The notes under the pieces are model-generated. The model searched no databases, had not been told where the DNA came from, and was given only the letters and a program-made list of their open reading frames with translations. A DNA stretch of 63,925 bases, filler included, from Folioceros fuciformis (lineage: Eukaryota), in NCBI GenBank assembly GCA_049999805.1. It is 10 parts of 10 records of this genome, joined end to end, with 100 filler letters (N's around TTAATTAATTAA, not from the genome) between each part and the next. Parts side by side here need not be neighbours in the genome. Positions count along the whole stretch, not along the records: positions 33,798 to 45,605 come from JBNGIO010003899.1; positions 45,706 to 51,426 come from JBNGIO010003900.1; 8 more parts are not named here. One strand, 5' to 3'. Of this stretch, positions 37,288 through 48,960 are shown one piece after another; position 1 is the first letter of the stretch; the number at the start of each line of letters is the position of its first letter. Both the position numbers and the translations under genes were made by a program.

Positions 37288-40200
37288 TCCTGCGCGTAGG
37301 AGTTGGATGCCCAGGCAATATTTCAATTCTCCGATGTCCTTCATGTCAAACCTCTTGTGTAGCTATGTCTTCACTTCTGCTAACAGGTTGTGGTCATTTG
37401 TGGCAAGTATCAGGTCGTCCACATACAGGGCGAGGAGTACAACGGAGGATCCTGCTACTAGCTTATACACATTGGTGTCTGCAACATTCTAAGTGAAGTT
37501 AATGCTCAGCAGGTACTCGTGTATAGTGAGGTACCATACTCTCCCGCTCTGTTTCAGCCCGTAGATACATTTCAATAGCCTTAACACTTTGTGTGGGTGT
37601 GTAGGGTCTTGGTAGGCTTCGGACTGGAGCATGTACAGTTCCTCGTCGAGAGCGCCATAGAGGAAGGCTGTACATACGTCTATTTGCTGGAGGTCCAAGT
37701 CAAATTATGTGGCATAGGCAAGGATGAGGCGGATAGACTAGCTGCGGACTACAGGTAAGAATGTTTCTTGGTAGTCCAGCCCCTCCACCTAAGTGAACCC
37801 CCTAGCCACTAACCGTGCTTTGAATCTGGCAACTTCTTTCTTGGCATTCAGCTTAAGTTTGAATGTCCACTTGCAGGATATAGCCTTCGTGCCAGGTGGG
37901 AGGTCGACGAGGGTCCAGGTATTGTTCTTAACCAAGGATTTGTATTCGTCCTTAACTACTGACCGCCGCTGCTGGCACTCAGGGCTGCTAAGTGCTTGAG
38001 TGAGTGTGGTGGGTTCTGTAGGTAGGAGAGGGCCTGGGTTGAGTCCAGGGACGGCATGTGTCCTAAAGTCAGTGGAAGCATAAGGTGGCTCCCTCCATTC
38101 AGATGGAGGAGGTCTGTGGTGCGTGGAGCAGCGCGAGGGGTCAGGCCCAGGAGTAGACTCCTCAACCTAAGTTGGAGGCTCAAGGGGGTCAGCTGGCTCA
38201 GCTGCGTCGTCGGCCATCCTCAGGTCAGCTGTCCCCAATTACCCCTCTGCATCCAATACAGGTTGATGCATGGCTGCATCGTGGGCTAAGGTAGTAGTAT
38301 CTGCAGGGGTGTATTCAGGTGTTGTTGTAACAGGAGGTGATGCTGCATGTGCAGGTTCATCATCAATAGTGGGGAAGACGGAGGGTTGGTCAGTTGGCTG
38401 GGTGGGATCCACTGAAGGAGGTTCCCCTAGAGCAGGGCTACAAGGCTCTATGCAGGTAACACTCTTGGCGAGCACAATGCAGTCGGCATCAGGTTGTATG
38501 ACTTATATGCCTTAGAGTGCTCGCTGTAGCCGACCAGAATGAGTGCCTCTGAGCGGTTGTCCAACTTGTGTCTTCTCTCTGTAGGGATATGGGCATAGGC
38601 ACGAGATCCAAAGACTCGGAGGTGCAGAACGCTGGGCTTCTTGTTCCAAAATACCTCAAAAGGAGTCTTGGTCGGGATAGTACTGGTAATGACGCGATTA
38701 AGGATGTAGATCGCCGCCACTATGGCGTCGGCCCAATAGCCCTGTGGTAAGTTTGCCCATAGCAGCATGCTTCTTGTTATTGAGAGTAGAGTTTGGTTCT
38801 TGTGTTCTGACACACCGTTTTGTTGTGGTGTGTAGGGCACTGTGAGTTGGTGCAGGATTCCTGAAGATTGAAAGAGGTCATTAAAGGATGAATGGACAAA
38901 TTCAGTACCGTTGTCAGTTTTGAGGGTCTTTAAGAGCTGTCATGACTGCCTCTGGGCTATGGTAAGCCATTCCTTGAAGCAGGCATAGGTGTCACTTTTC
39001 AGCTGCATGGGGTAGGTCCACGTGTAGCGGCTGTAGTCATCAGTGGCTGTTAGGAAGAACGAGCACCTCCAAGGGAGGGCTCATGAACTTTGCCTGAGAT
39101 GTCCGCGTGGACTAACTCAAGGACTCAGGTGGCCCTCTGTGCAAGTGAATTGGGAAACGGTGACTCCTTCTGCTTAGCAAGGATGCATGATTCGCACACA
39201 GGTAACTGCTTGAAGAATTTGGGCAGAGGTTCTCGATGGCACTCTAGGGCTGACATGTTGATCAGCTTAGACCTATTAACGTGTCCGAGGCGGGCATGCC
39301 ATATCTGGACTCCACATACTGAATAGGTCCTTGGAAAATGGTAGGATTTCTCTTTTTCGGAATCTCTAAGTGAACCCTGTGGTGAAATGGTTAAAAGATT
39401 AGGTTAGATTAGTAGCTAGATTAATGGTGAGGCGAGGCGCGTCTTTGAAGGGTTGCTGGAATGATCTGAGAGAAGGGATGGAATGATTTGAGAGAGGAGG
39501 GAGAGTGTTGAGAGGCACTGACCATTTTGGTAGTCTTGAGAGGTTGGTCAATTTTGGTAAGGGCACCTAGTGGTGTCCATGGGACACAACCCCTATTAGG
39601 TCAGAACTAGGTTTGGGTCAGAGTTAGGGTTAGGTCAGAATTAGGGGCGGCTTAGGTCAGAGAGAGATTGCTGGGTGGTTGACTGAGGCTAACCCTAATA
39701 GATAGAGATGGAGGTTTGGGCCATGGTAGTATAAGAGGCTAGACTTGCCATTGAGGAGGGGGCTGTCTACGGTGTGATTTCCTTGGACCTTGGGTGCAGA
39801 ACTCCTGGCTTAGGGCGCTGAGCTGGTTGAGGCTAAACCAAGGTCTTGATTTCCCTTGCCACTAGGGGAACGTGGAGGATCCCAAGACTGCCAAGATTGG
39901 TGTGGCCGGATCCGCAATGGCTGACCACCTTGCATGCTGGTTGAGGTGAGGTTGCAGGGCCGTGAGCTAAGGAGGCTACCCAGCCCTAGGCCTCGCCTCT
40001 GCCTTGAAGGCTGCAAGAGGAAAGGCTGTGTGTTCCAAATTGCAGGAGAGAAGGGTTGAGTTGCAGATTTTGGAAGTGAAAGTGTTGAAGTGAGGAGTTG
40101 AGTTGAAGTGAGGAGCTGGAGGGTGAAGTGAAGTGCTGAAGTGAAGGACTGAAGTGTTGAAGTGAAGGACTGAAATGCTGGGGTGAAGTGCTGAAGTGGT

Positions 40201-43200
40201 GGAATGAAGTGTTGAATCTGGAGTGAGGAGCTAGCTGAAGTTGAGGTTCTCGTTCAACTGCGGAGGTAGCTAGCACTAGGTGCTGAGAGTTGGAGGCCAG
40301 ACTTGGGGTTGGAGCCTCCTCTCAGCACTAAAGTGATTGATACTTGGAGCTGGAAACGAGGGCTGAAGACAATGCTAGAGTTCTCATTTTGTTGAGGCTG
40401 GGGTTGGTGTTGTGGTAGGAGCTGAAGATAGGACCGAGAATTCTGATCTATTGCTGTAGCACTTAGTATATGCTGATAGATAGGGTGAGATTAGAAGGAT
40501 GTAGGTAACCTTGACATTAGTTCACTCCCTTGGGAGCGAATCATAAGACTGCAACGATAATAAGGGGAAGTGTGGCCCCTTGGTGGTTCTTGCGTGTGCA
40601 AGAAATCACTCCACACCATAGCAGGGCCTGCTATGCCTGACTTAGGTTAGGACCTGTAGTTGAGTGGACGACCTCTGTGTGTGGGTCTGGACTGTAACAG
40701 GTGATGTTAAGCCTGTACAGGTTGCTCTTAGGCAGTCCCTCAAAAGCACATGTGTGGGGAGATGACTGCCTGTAGAAGCAACAGTGCTCAGAGTCTACGT
40801 GCATGTAGAAGACCCGCTATCTCATGAGTTGGCTCATGGACATGAGGTTCTTGGCCATGCCTAGGACATAAATGACATATGTCAGGTTTAGTTCAGTGCC
40901 ATCATGGAGGCTAAAGACACAGGTGCCCTTGCCCTCAATGCGTAGACTTGTCTTGCTCTGCTCGTCTGCAAGAAATACCTGACCACCTTTTTGTGTTAAA
41001 TCGAGTGTACTAAAAAGTTCCTTCTTCTTGCAGATGTGGGTCGTCGCCCCAGAGTCAAGGTACCAGCAGCTGTCGTCACTAAGAGTGCTGGACAGGCAGA
41101 CTGCTAGTATCTTCACAGGGGCCTTTGAGCCTCCCGACTTGTTCTGTCTTACAGCCACGTTTGCGGCTGACTTTTGCTGCCATGAGGGCTCGCCTGCCCT
41201 TCTTTTTCGACACTCTCTGGCCAAGTGGCTGGGGAGGCCACACCAGTTACAGTTGCCGGTTCTCTTGATGAGGTTTGTAGGTTCTCCCCTCTGTCCCTAC
41301 ATTGCTGTACTTTTGGGTCAGGTTCTTCCCTTGCGGAAGTTTGTAGCTAATGCCTTCTCTCCCTTATTCCTGAAGGCAGATGAGAAGGCTCGACTCTACT
41401 CCTCCTGGAATAGCGCACTGATCACCTCCTCCAAGGTAATGGTTGCTATCTGACTGGAGGCAGTTGCGGTAGCGCGTATCGGGCCGTTTTGGCTCTTAAT
41501 GAAGGTCTAGTGGGAGGCAGGAAGGCTGCTCAGCAGTTGGGCGATAGCGTCCACCTCTAACATCTTCTGTCCCGTCATCGCAGTGAGCTGGGCACGAAGG
41601 TGCCGAAACCTGCTGACATGTGAGGACACCTTTTCTCCTTCTTTCATTTTGAGGGAGAAGAATTCCTGCTTGATTGCACATAGTATCATCATGTTCTGGA
41701 TCTTGTATGTCTTTTCTAACTGGTCCCATATGCCATGTGCAGATGTGAGGTACTCTACCTCTGGGACCAAGTCTGCGTCTAACCCACCGATACTGAGGTC
41801 AACAACAATGGCGTTATGATGTTCCCACTTGGCAATTTTGTCGGCTGTGGGGGTAGGACTGGCGTTGGGGTCAAGTTTGGGGTAGGTACCGTCAACAACC
41901 TGCCTGACTCCCCTGGCCAGCAAGGTGGCCTTCATCCTGACTCTCCGCACATTGTAGCCAGACCCTTAAACCTGTCCTTCTCCTTGAGTTCTGAGGTAAA
42001 GGTAGGTGTGCTTGACGATGCTGCCATGGCTGGATGTTGGGCTGGTGTGTGTAGGGAAAGGTGTTGAAGACCGCTAATGAGGGAGTTGAGTTGTGCATGG
42101 GTGACCATGTACACCTACGCCGACCAACGGAGCTATGGCTACAGTGGTTCAGGGAGGTAGGCGTGCACGTGACTCCTGTTATTAAGCTCTCGTTCCCTTA
42201 GTGGTTGATGTTAGGACATAGGTGGCGGAGCCTAGCTGGGCACAGAGTTCGGGTGCCATTGGGAACTAGGTCCTGCGCCCAGTTGAAGTCTTCGCCACTT
42301 ACGCCTGCAGCATCGGTGCACCTCAGGTGACGGGGAGCTAGCCCGGCCTGTAAGGCCCGCATGGGGCAAATAATATTTATTGCTATTTCTTCCAAGGGGG
42401 CTGGCCGAAGAGGTGAGCCCTAGGGTTTGAGTCTAGGTGGGCCGTTACTAACCGTCATGTCCCAGCAGCGTGAAGAGGTTCACCAGGTGGCCCAATGGGG
42501 AGGCGTCGAGGTCGATCTCGGCGAGGGGCGTAAAGCTCGTCGCGTCAGTTCGCATCTGGGACGCCGAACCTGCCCGTTCGCCCGGGTCGGTGCTCCCTGG
42601 CAGCGGAAGTGTCTAGGGCCTGAGGCCGTCTGATCCCGAGGTGGTAAGCGAATCCCCTGAATTTTGCCTCTGTTGATCAAGGTTCTTAAGGAAATTTGCG
42701 ACCTGGTAGATGCTCTCACGGATTTTGTTAGTGGTGGGAGATTCAGGGGTTTTAAGTTCGGGGTCGGAGCTAGGGCGTGGATTCTAGAGGATTCTAGAAG
42801 CCTGATACGAGAGCAAACTGGACAGCAATCCCTCCACGCAGCTGAGGATACTCTGAGACCTGTCAAGAATCTTCCTCAGCCCTTTGTGTGGGTTGATGTC
42901 TACGTTGCGCTAGTGTGTGGCAGGTGTTCCAGGTGCTGGCAAGGTCCCCTAGGCATTGAGTGAGTAACGCGCCGGCGTGGGTTGTTCGCAGGAACAGTGC
43001 GTGACAGAGGCGCGGCCGCGTTGCAGGGGGAATTGCTGGCACTAGGGAGGAGACTACTGCTGCCGCGGGCGTCGGGCTCTCCCTCTTCTAGGGATGCGTG
43101 CACTTTCTGCGGAGAGGTGCGCTGAGTGATCAAGTGGGCAGCCTGCGGAGTCGAGTCCCTTTGCAGGCAAGCACTCGAATCTGCTCCTACTGGAAGCGCC

Positions 43201-43473
43201 TTGCCTCGGCATGATTCCAGGATTCCTCTGGGGGTTTCAGCATGGCTTTGATACCATGAGAACAATGAGATTAGGGAGCATAGCAACTCTCAGAGCGATT
43301 CTCCTGTGTATTTGCAATTGAATAAATAAAAGATGTCTTTCTATATCAACGTCCAAACTTAAATATTAATTATCATGTCTACTTGACTTACTCTATAGGG
43401 TCGCACCGTTTCGTCTGGGTTTACCCCATATATTAGCCTAAATATAATTAAGGGTGCTACATAAGCTTTAACA
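37288..43473 (-). mobile_element. Ty1/copia, 5' LTR to mid-RT, with an about 1.2-kb leader carrying a decayed extra ORF; interrupted by two nested insertions
   Basis: PBS GCTTTGATACCA 43245-43256; LTR from 43257 (right end approximate); gag 41507-42028; knuckle/protease WYLDSGATTH; integrase PQQNGVSE; RT QIDVCTAFLYG. Confidence 0.9.
39320..40615 (-). mobile_element. LTR-like insertion (TGTGGAG-terminus family), probably a solo LTR, inside the copia GAG-pre-integrase region
   Basis: Copia coding resumes on both sides (IWHARLGHV on the left). Similar to 22603-23640. No clean TSD was found. Confidence 0.7.
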
Positions 43474-43799
43474 GGTATAGAATGTGCCTTCTCCGAATTC
43501 TTACCCCAACCTTCCGACCCAGCCCGAAGGGGACAAGCCTGCTTAAGATGATTTTGCAAGCCACATACCCCGTAAACAAGAATGGTTCATTAGTTTGCAT
43601 AGGTAGAAGCCATAGCAATCAGCACATAAGAGAATGATTATGAAAAAAAAGGGGTTGGCAAGGTACAAGAAAGTGTGTGAAGGGTCGTAACCATTCATAA
43701 CCCTAAAAAAAACTTAAAACAACGTTTCAACTTGACCTCTGACCCTAATTTAATTAATAAGTTAGGGCTGGACCCGTTAAATAATAAATCCATTATTTA

Positions 43800-44390
43800 A
43801 TACCCCGCACGGAATAGGAAGATCCTGGTAATCAAAAATTTGTGTAAAACACTTAGATGGGTCCTCCGGATCACGAACAACGACGCCTTCCGGCAAAGCT
43901 TGGAGGCTGTCGACCCTCAGCCCAAAGCGGGGTGGTTTGTTGCTATCAAAAAAATTAGAGTCCACCTTAGGAACCTCCACCACCCTGCCAATGGTCTCCA
44001 TAATTTTGCAAATTTAGTGGGACAAGCTGAACCGGCAGGGCTGGAAGACCCACCCACAAAAAGTGCCACTTGATTTTAGACTGCATAATGGAATTCCCAG
44101 GGGACCAGGCCTCCACCACCACCGGAATGGAATCTCGGACAAACAACGTTGTTTGTAGAAGGGCGTTAGTCCCCGCGGCCTCATCACACTTAACCTAGAA
44201 AGAATCGTCTACTTTCAAGAAAACATAAGGAGGAGGGCTTCCTGTTATCTTAGCCACCCATTCCTCCAGTTCCTCCATGGTAGGAGGACTTCCAAACATA
44301 CGGCGCCCCACCACCAAGCTAGCAGCAAGCTTGTCCTCCTCCCTTTGAAAAAAACTCGCCTCCGTGAGCACATCCTCTAGCAGACCCAGC
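43800..44390 (-). mobile_element. LINE ORF1 fragment (DUF4283-like)
   Basis: GRRMFGSPPTMEELEEWVAK and IGRVVEV...PPRFGLRVD...TQIFDYQDLPIPC are typical of plant L1 ORF1. Confidence 0.6.
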
Positions 44391-44644
44391 TTTAACCCTG
44401 TACCCTCTTTTGCCGAACCCGAGACATATTCTTGGGAGGGGCCTGGCTGTACCTAAGCCTACGCATAGTCCACTTCAGGTGTCCATACCTGCGAGACTTT
44501 CTTTGCCTTGGCCTTTGTTTGGCTAACGTTAGAGTGATTAGCAACCTGCACCCCCCGTTTTGCCCCCGTGCCTTGTATTTATTAGAACACATATCGACTA
44601 TTGCCGCCCACGTGCCAGCTAATGAGCCCCCCCGTAGGGGGCTC

Positions 44645-45605
44645 AGCTCGCTCCTTGTACTTCCCTTTTGAAGTGGACCTTCCTCTCACCATGAGGGCAT
44701 TGGAACCTTTCGAATGTTCTATATTCTTCTTGTTCAACTCCTCTGTTATCACCCTACCTTCTACATTTACAACAGTAAGACCATTGGCAGAAACAGAATT
44801 ACTCAAAGCTATATGAAAGGTGTCCCAGCTCTCTGGTAATGTGACCAATAGAAACATAGCTCTCACAGAATCTGGGAACGAGATACCTTGAGATGAGAGC
44901 TGGCTGAAAGTGGTATTGAACTCATTCAAATGATCGGACGTCCTCGTCTCTTCCTTCATCTTCAAGTCCACCAACTGTTTCAACTAGTACGCCTGAGAAG
45001 CCGCACTTTGCTTCTCATACAGGTCACACAACTTCTGCTATAGCTCGTAACTTGTAATCTTGTCTTTCACGTTGAAGTAGACTGACTTCGACAATGGTAG
45101 CATGATGGTAGACCTAGCAAGCTCATCTAGATCCTGCCACTCATCCTGAGTCATGCTAACGGGTTTCACTCCTAGCAACTTTATCAGCTTGATCTACTTT
45201 TTCTGCACTAAAACATTGTACACTTATTCTTTCCAGAACGGGAAGTTAGTACCATCTAACTTCTCGATATTGAACATGAGGTTTTCTGAGGACGTCATGT
45301 TTCACAATCGAGGCAAATCAACCAAAAGGCTAATTAGAAAGCGGTCGAAATGAAATGTAGATTCTATTACCCTCACTCTCGTTTCAAATCGGCTGTCCAC
45401 AAGCCGACTCGACAAGCCTAAATCCTCCGATTGAGATCTCACTGCCTCACGGCCAGGATCCTAACTAGCCCGCGCTCGCGTCGTTCACACGCGCGTCCCT
45501 TGTGTTACTTACACCTCGACTTCTGCGACCTCCGTGCTCCAATGTCCCGGCGTCCGCGACGCTCGTTGGCCCGACTGGTCCGCTGGCCTCGTTCGCGTCG
45601 CCCGC
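44645..45605 (-). mobile_element. Ty1/copia (Tork-like) leader and gag fragment
   Basis: FNIEKLDGTNFPFWKE...LKQLVDLKMKEE...LLVTLPESWD. The same gag sequence recurs at 52880-52926. Confidence 0.85.
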
Positions 45606-46260
45606 NNNNNNNNNNNNNNNNNNNNNNNNNNNNNNNNNNNNNNNNNNNNTTAATTAATTAANNNNNNNNNNNNNNNNNNNNNNNNNNNNNNNNNNNNNNN
45701 NNNNNGTTTAGTTAAGCCAAAAGCTTCATAACATGCCTTTTCATGAGGGTTACGTTGTTTGATTAGGTCAAGATGTTTCAAATGTGACTTAAGTTATTTT
45801 CATAACACATATATATACTAATGTATTCTTGACATAATGTAATTATCTTATATGTTTAATTGATCTATATCTACCTAAATTTGTTAGGTATCAGAGAGCA
45901 ATATGAGAGCAGTAGGATGCAGGTTGTGTTGTAATGAATGCACATTTAAAAATGCATTTGAAAGAATGCATTTATATTATTTTCTTGTTTGTTTTGATTT
46001 AGAAATAAATTTTCTTGATCAAGAAACATGAAATATAAAGAACATATTTTTGTGTTGATTTTTTATATAAATGCACTTATAATTTCTTTTAGATTAAGGG
46101 AGTGATCCCGACGTATCCCCTCCGATTTGCTACTCAAGCAAAATCAGCAGGAATGTGCTAGGACAACTACTTAATCTATAGTCAGATTATTAGTGGCATC
46201 TATATAGAAATTAGAATGTTTAAAAGAAAATTCTAACAACACAAAAATCTGGCCTAATGA

Positions 46261-46608
46261 ATGGCCGATCGAGCGGATGGCCGGCCTCGCCTTGCTGAAT
46301 AGATTCAATATCAGAATAGTCGCAGGCACCATGGAATNNNNNNNNNNNNNNNNNNNNNNNNNNNNNNNNNNNNNNNNNNNNNNNNNNNNNNNNNNNNNNN
46401 NNNNNNNNNNNNNNNNNNNNNNNNNNNNNNNNNNNNNGGTTTTCTAACAACTAATGTTTCCCAATTACCTATTGTTGACCAATTGATAGACAGGATCGAG
46501 GCACACCAACAACAAGTTGACAAACGCTTTGACAATATCTCACATAGAATAATTGCAGTGATTGTTGATCTGCATGATCTGATCGAACAGATAGATCATC
46601 AGCTGTAG
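46261..46608 (+). pseudogene. Decayed pre-gag accessory ORF, homolog of 17582-18187
   Basis: MADRADGRPRLAE*IQ before the gap and GFLTTNVSQLPIVDQLIDRIEAHQQQVDKRFDNISHRIIAVIVDLHDLIEQIDHQL* after it. Confidence 0.6.
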
Positions 46609-48564
46609 ATAACAAGTTGCCTAACCTTGTTGCTAACATTCTCTGACTTTGCTGCTGAAGTTGTATGTGCCTAAGGTCCTAGAGAACAGACCAACAAGGT
46701 TAGTCATTTTAGCATCTTAGTATTTTGGGAGTAGTTAGCTAACCTAGGGTACAAAAGAGGAAAATGACTGATCCCTCATCTAGCTATGGTGGGGAAGGGT
46801 TTAGGGAAAAGGACAGATTTGGTGGGTATGATTACGACATATGGGTAATCAGAATGCGTGGAGGTTTACAAAACAAAAAGCTTTGGAAGATAACTATGGC
46901 CGATGAGGATTTCCCAGCAACTTCCACCACACCCACCACTGCTGAAAAGATGGAATAGGACGAATGGGTGGCTAAGGATGAAGCTACCATGTTCTTGATC
47001 CGGAGTGGGTTAACCTCAGATATACTGAGGCAGACATCCGGATGTAAAACCTCAGCTAAAATTTGGACACAACTTCAGGACATATACTCAGGCACCAACA
47101 CAACAAGTCAGTTGACAGCCTTGCGAAATTTGCAAATTGCAAGATGAGAGATGGAGAATTAGTAGAAAAGCACCTTGGTCATTTCAGGACACTTGTCTCC
47201 AAGTTGTAGAGTGCCTCTAATGAGAGTGTCAAGGAAGACATGCTAACCTTGTACTTCTTACTATCTCTCCCAAAATCATGGTCACATTTTGTGACATCTT
47301 TTAATGCTTCACATCTTCAGACCTCAAAACTGGCAAAGGCTGCAAATGTTACAATTCCAAAAACCACCTTTGCAGAGTTAGTGGGAGCATTGCTCCAAGA
47401 AGAAGCAACAAAGGGTTCCAGTAGACGTTCTGGAAAACAGCAAGCCCTCTACACATCCAATAGGGGATGTGGAGGAGGAAAACCCTACAACATAGGTGGA
47501 GGCAGTTCATCTAGAGGTGGTGGCTCACAAGGACAAGGAGCCAGCTAGAGAAAACCCAAAAGGACAGGAAGCTATAATTGGTGCAAGTTACATGGTCACT
47601 GGGAACGAGTGTAGAAATAAGCAAGCTGGTGTTCTTCGCAAGGAGGGTTCATTTGTTGCTGAAACTCACGTGGTTGTGAAGAAACAACCTACCCCTTCAG
47701 CCCTCACAGAAGGTACACGAGTTTTTGCAAGTTCATACTTGCTTCCTTCCTGCTTGCCTATCAACAAAATTAGAGGTTAGACCAGTTGTGGACTGGTACT
47801 TAGATACACGTGCTACAGCCCACATTTGTTTCGACAAAGGATCTTTTCAAACATATCAGTCAGCTAAGGATCAATATGTTTACCTAGGTGATGACAAATC
47901 CCTAGTGTCCCCTGGTCGTGGCACAATAGACTTATCAGTTCCGTTAGGTGTAGTACTAACTCTACATGACGTTTATTATGGGCCAGACATGACTAGAAAT
48001 AAATTTAATTTCAGTCAGAAAGTTGAATGCTGACAATAATTGTCACATAATATTCACGAGAACAGAATGTCAACTGCTCGATGCATTTGATCATAGGAAG
48101 ATACTTGCCTATGGTTCTCAAGACCATGATTTGTTTCGTCTTCATATTAATAGTGGTGTCCCAACTTCTCACTTCACTCGAGACGTCACCAATGTGTCTG
48201 CACAACAAATCGACAAATCTAAGTTGTGGCTTGCGAGGTTAGGTCACCCTCACACAACAAAACTACAGAGGTTGGCTGTTAGTGACTTTTACCAAGATGG
48301 ACCAATTGGAACATTGGCTCCCCTTCCACCTTGTGAATCTTGTGTTCTTTCCAAGAGACATCAAGCTGCTTTTAAGAATAAAGCACCTCACAAGGCTTCA
48401 GAGGGTTGAGAACTTGTTCATACAGATCTGTGTGGCTCACTCTCACAGGACTCTATAGGTGGTGGGAGAAACTTCCTTACTTTTTTAGATGACAAAACCA
48501 GGTTTGTCACCACCTACATCCTAGAGCAGAAAAGTGAGTGTTTTAGACATTTCAGAGATCACCT

Positions 48565-48960
48565 TGTTGAGATGTCACCCCCGCCATGCTCAAAAGAGGT
48601 TAAAACAAGTTAGTTGAAGCAAGATGCAGAATCCCAAAAATAAGAGCACTATAACAAGGCTCTTAAACTCAAATAAAAGGAGAATTACAAAAACAACACA
48701 ATACAAGTGAAGAGGGAGTTAGACTACTAATACTAGGTGGGTTCATCCCTTCTTTTATGGACTTATGGGTGGCACTCTCATTTCGTGCCCAATATGGGAT
48801 AAATGACCCCAAACCCTACAATACCTTTTTGCCTAACATAACAAAGTCTAATAAGCTATATATATATTAATCATAACCTTAATCACTCTTACCACTAATT
48901 AGTACAAACTCAATAAGCTTGATTAGCACTAATTAATCTCAACATTAATCATGCTTAACA
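48565..48960. mobile_element. Solo LTR with a 5-bp target-site duplication
   Basis: TGTTGAG...CTTAACA termini; flanks CACCT (48560-48564) and TACCT (48961-48965). Removal restores integrase FRDYLKYAER. Confidence 0.9.
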
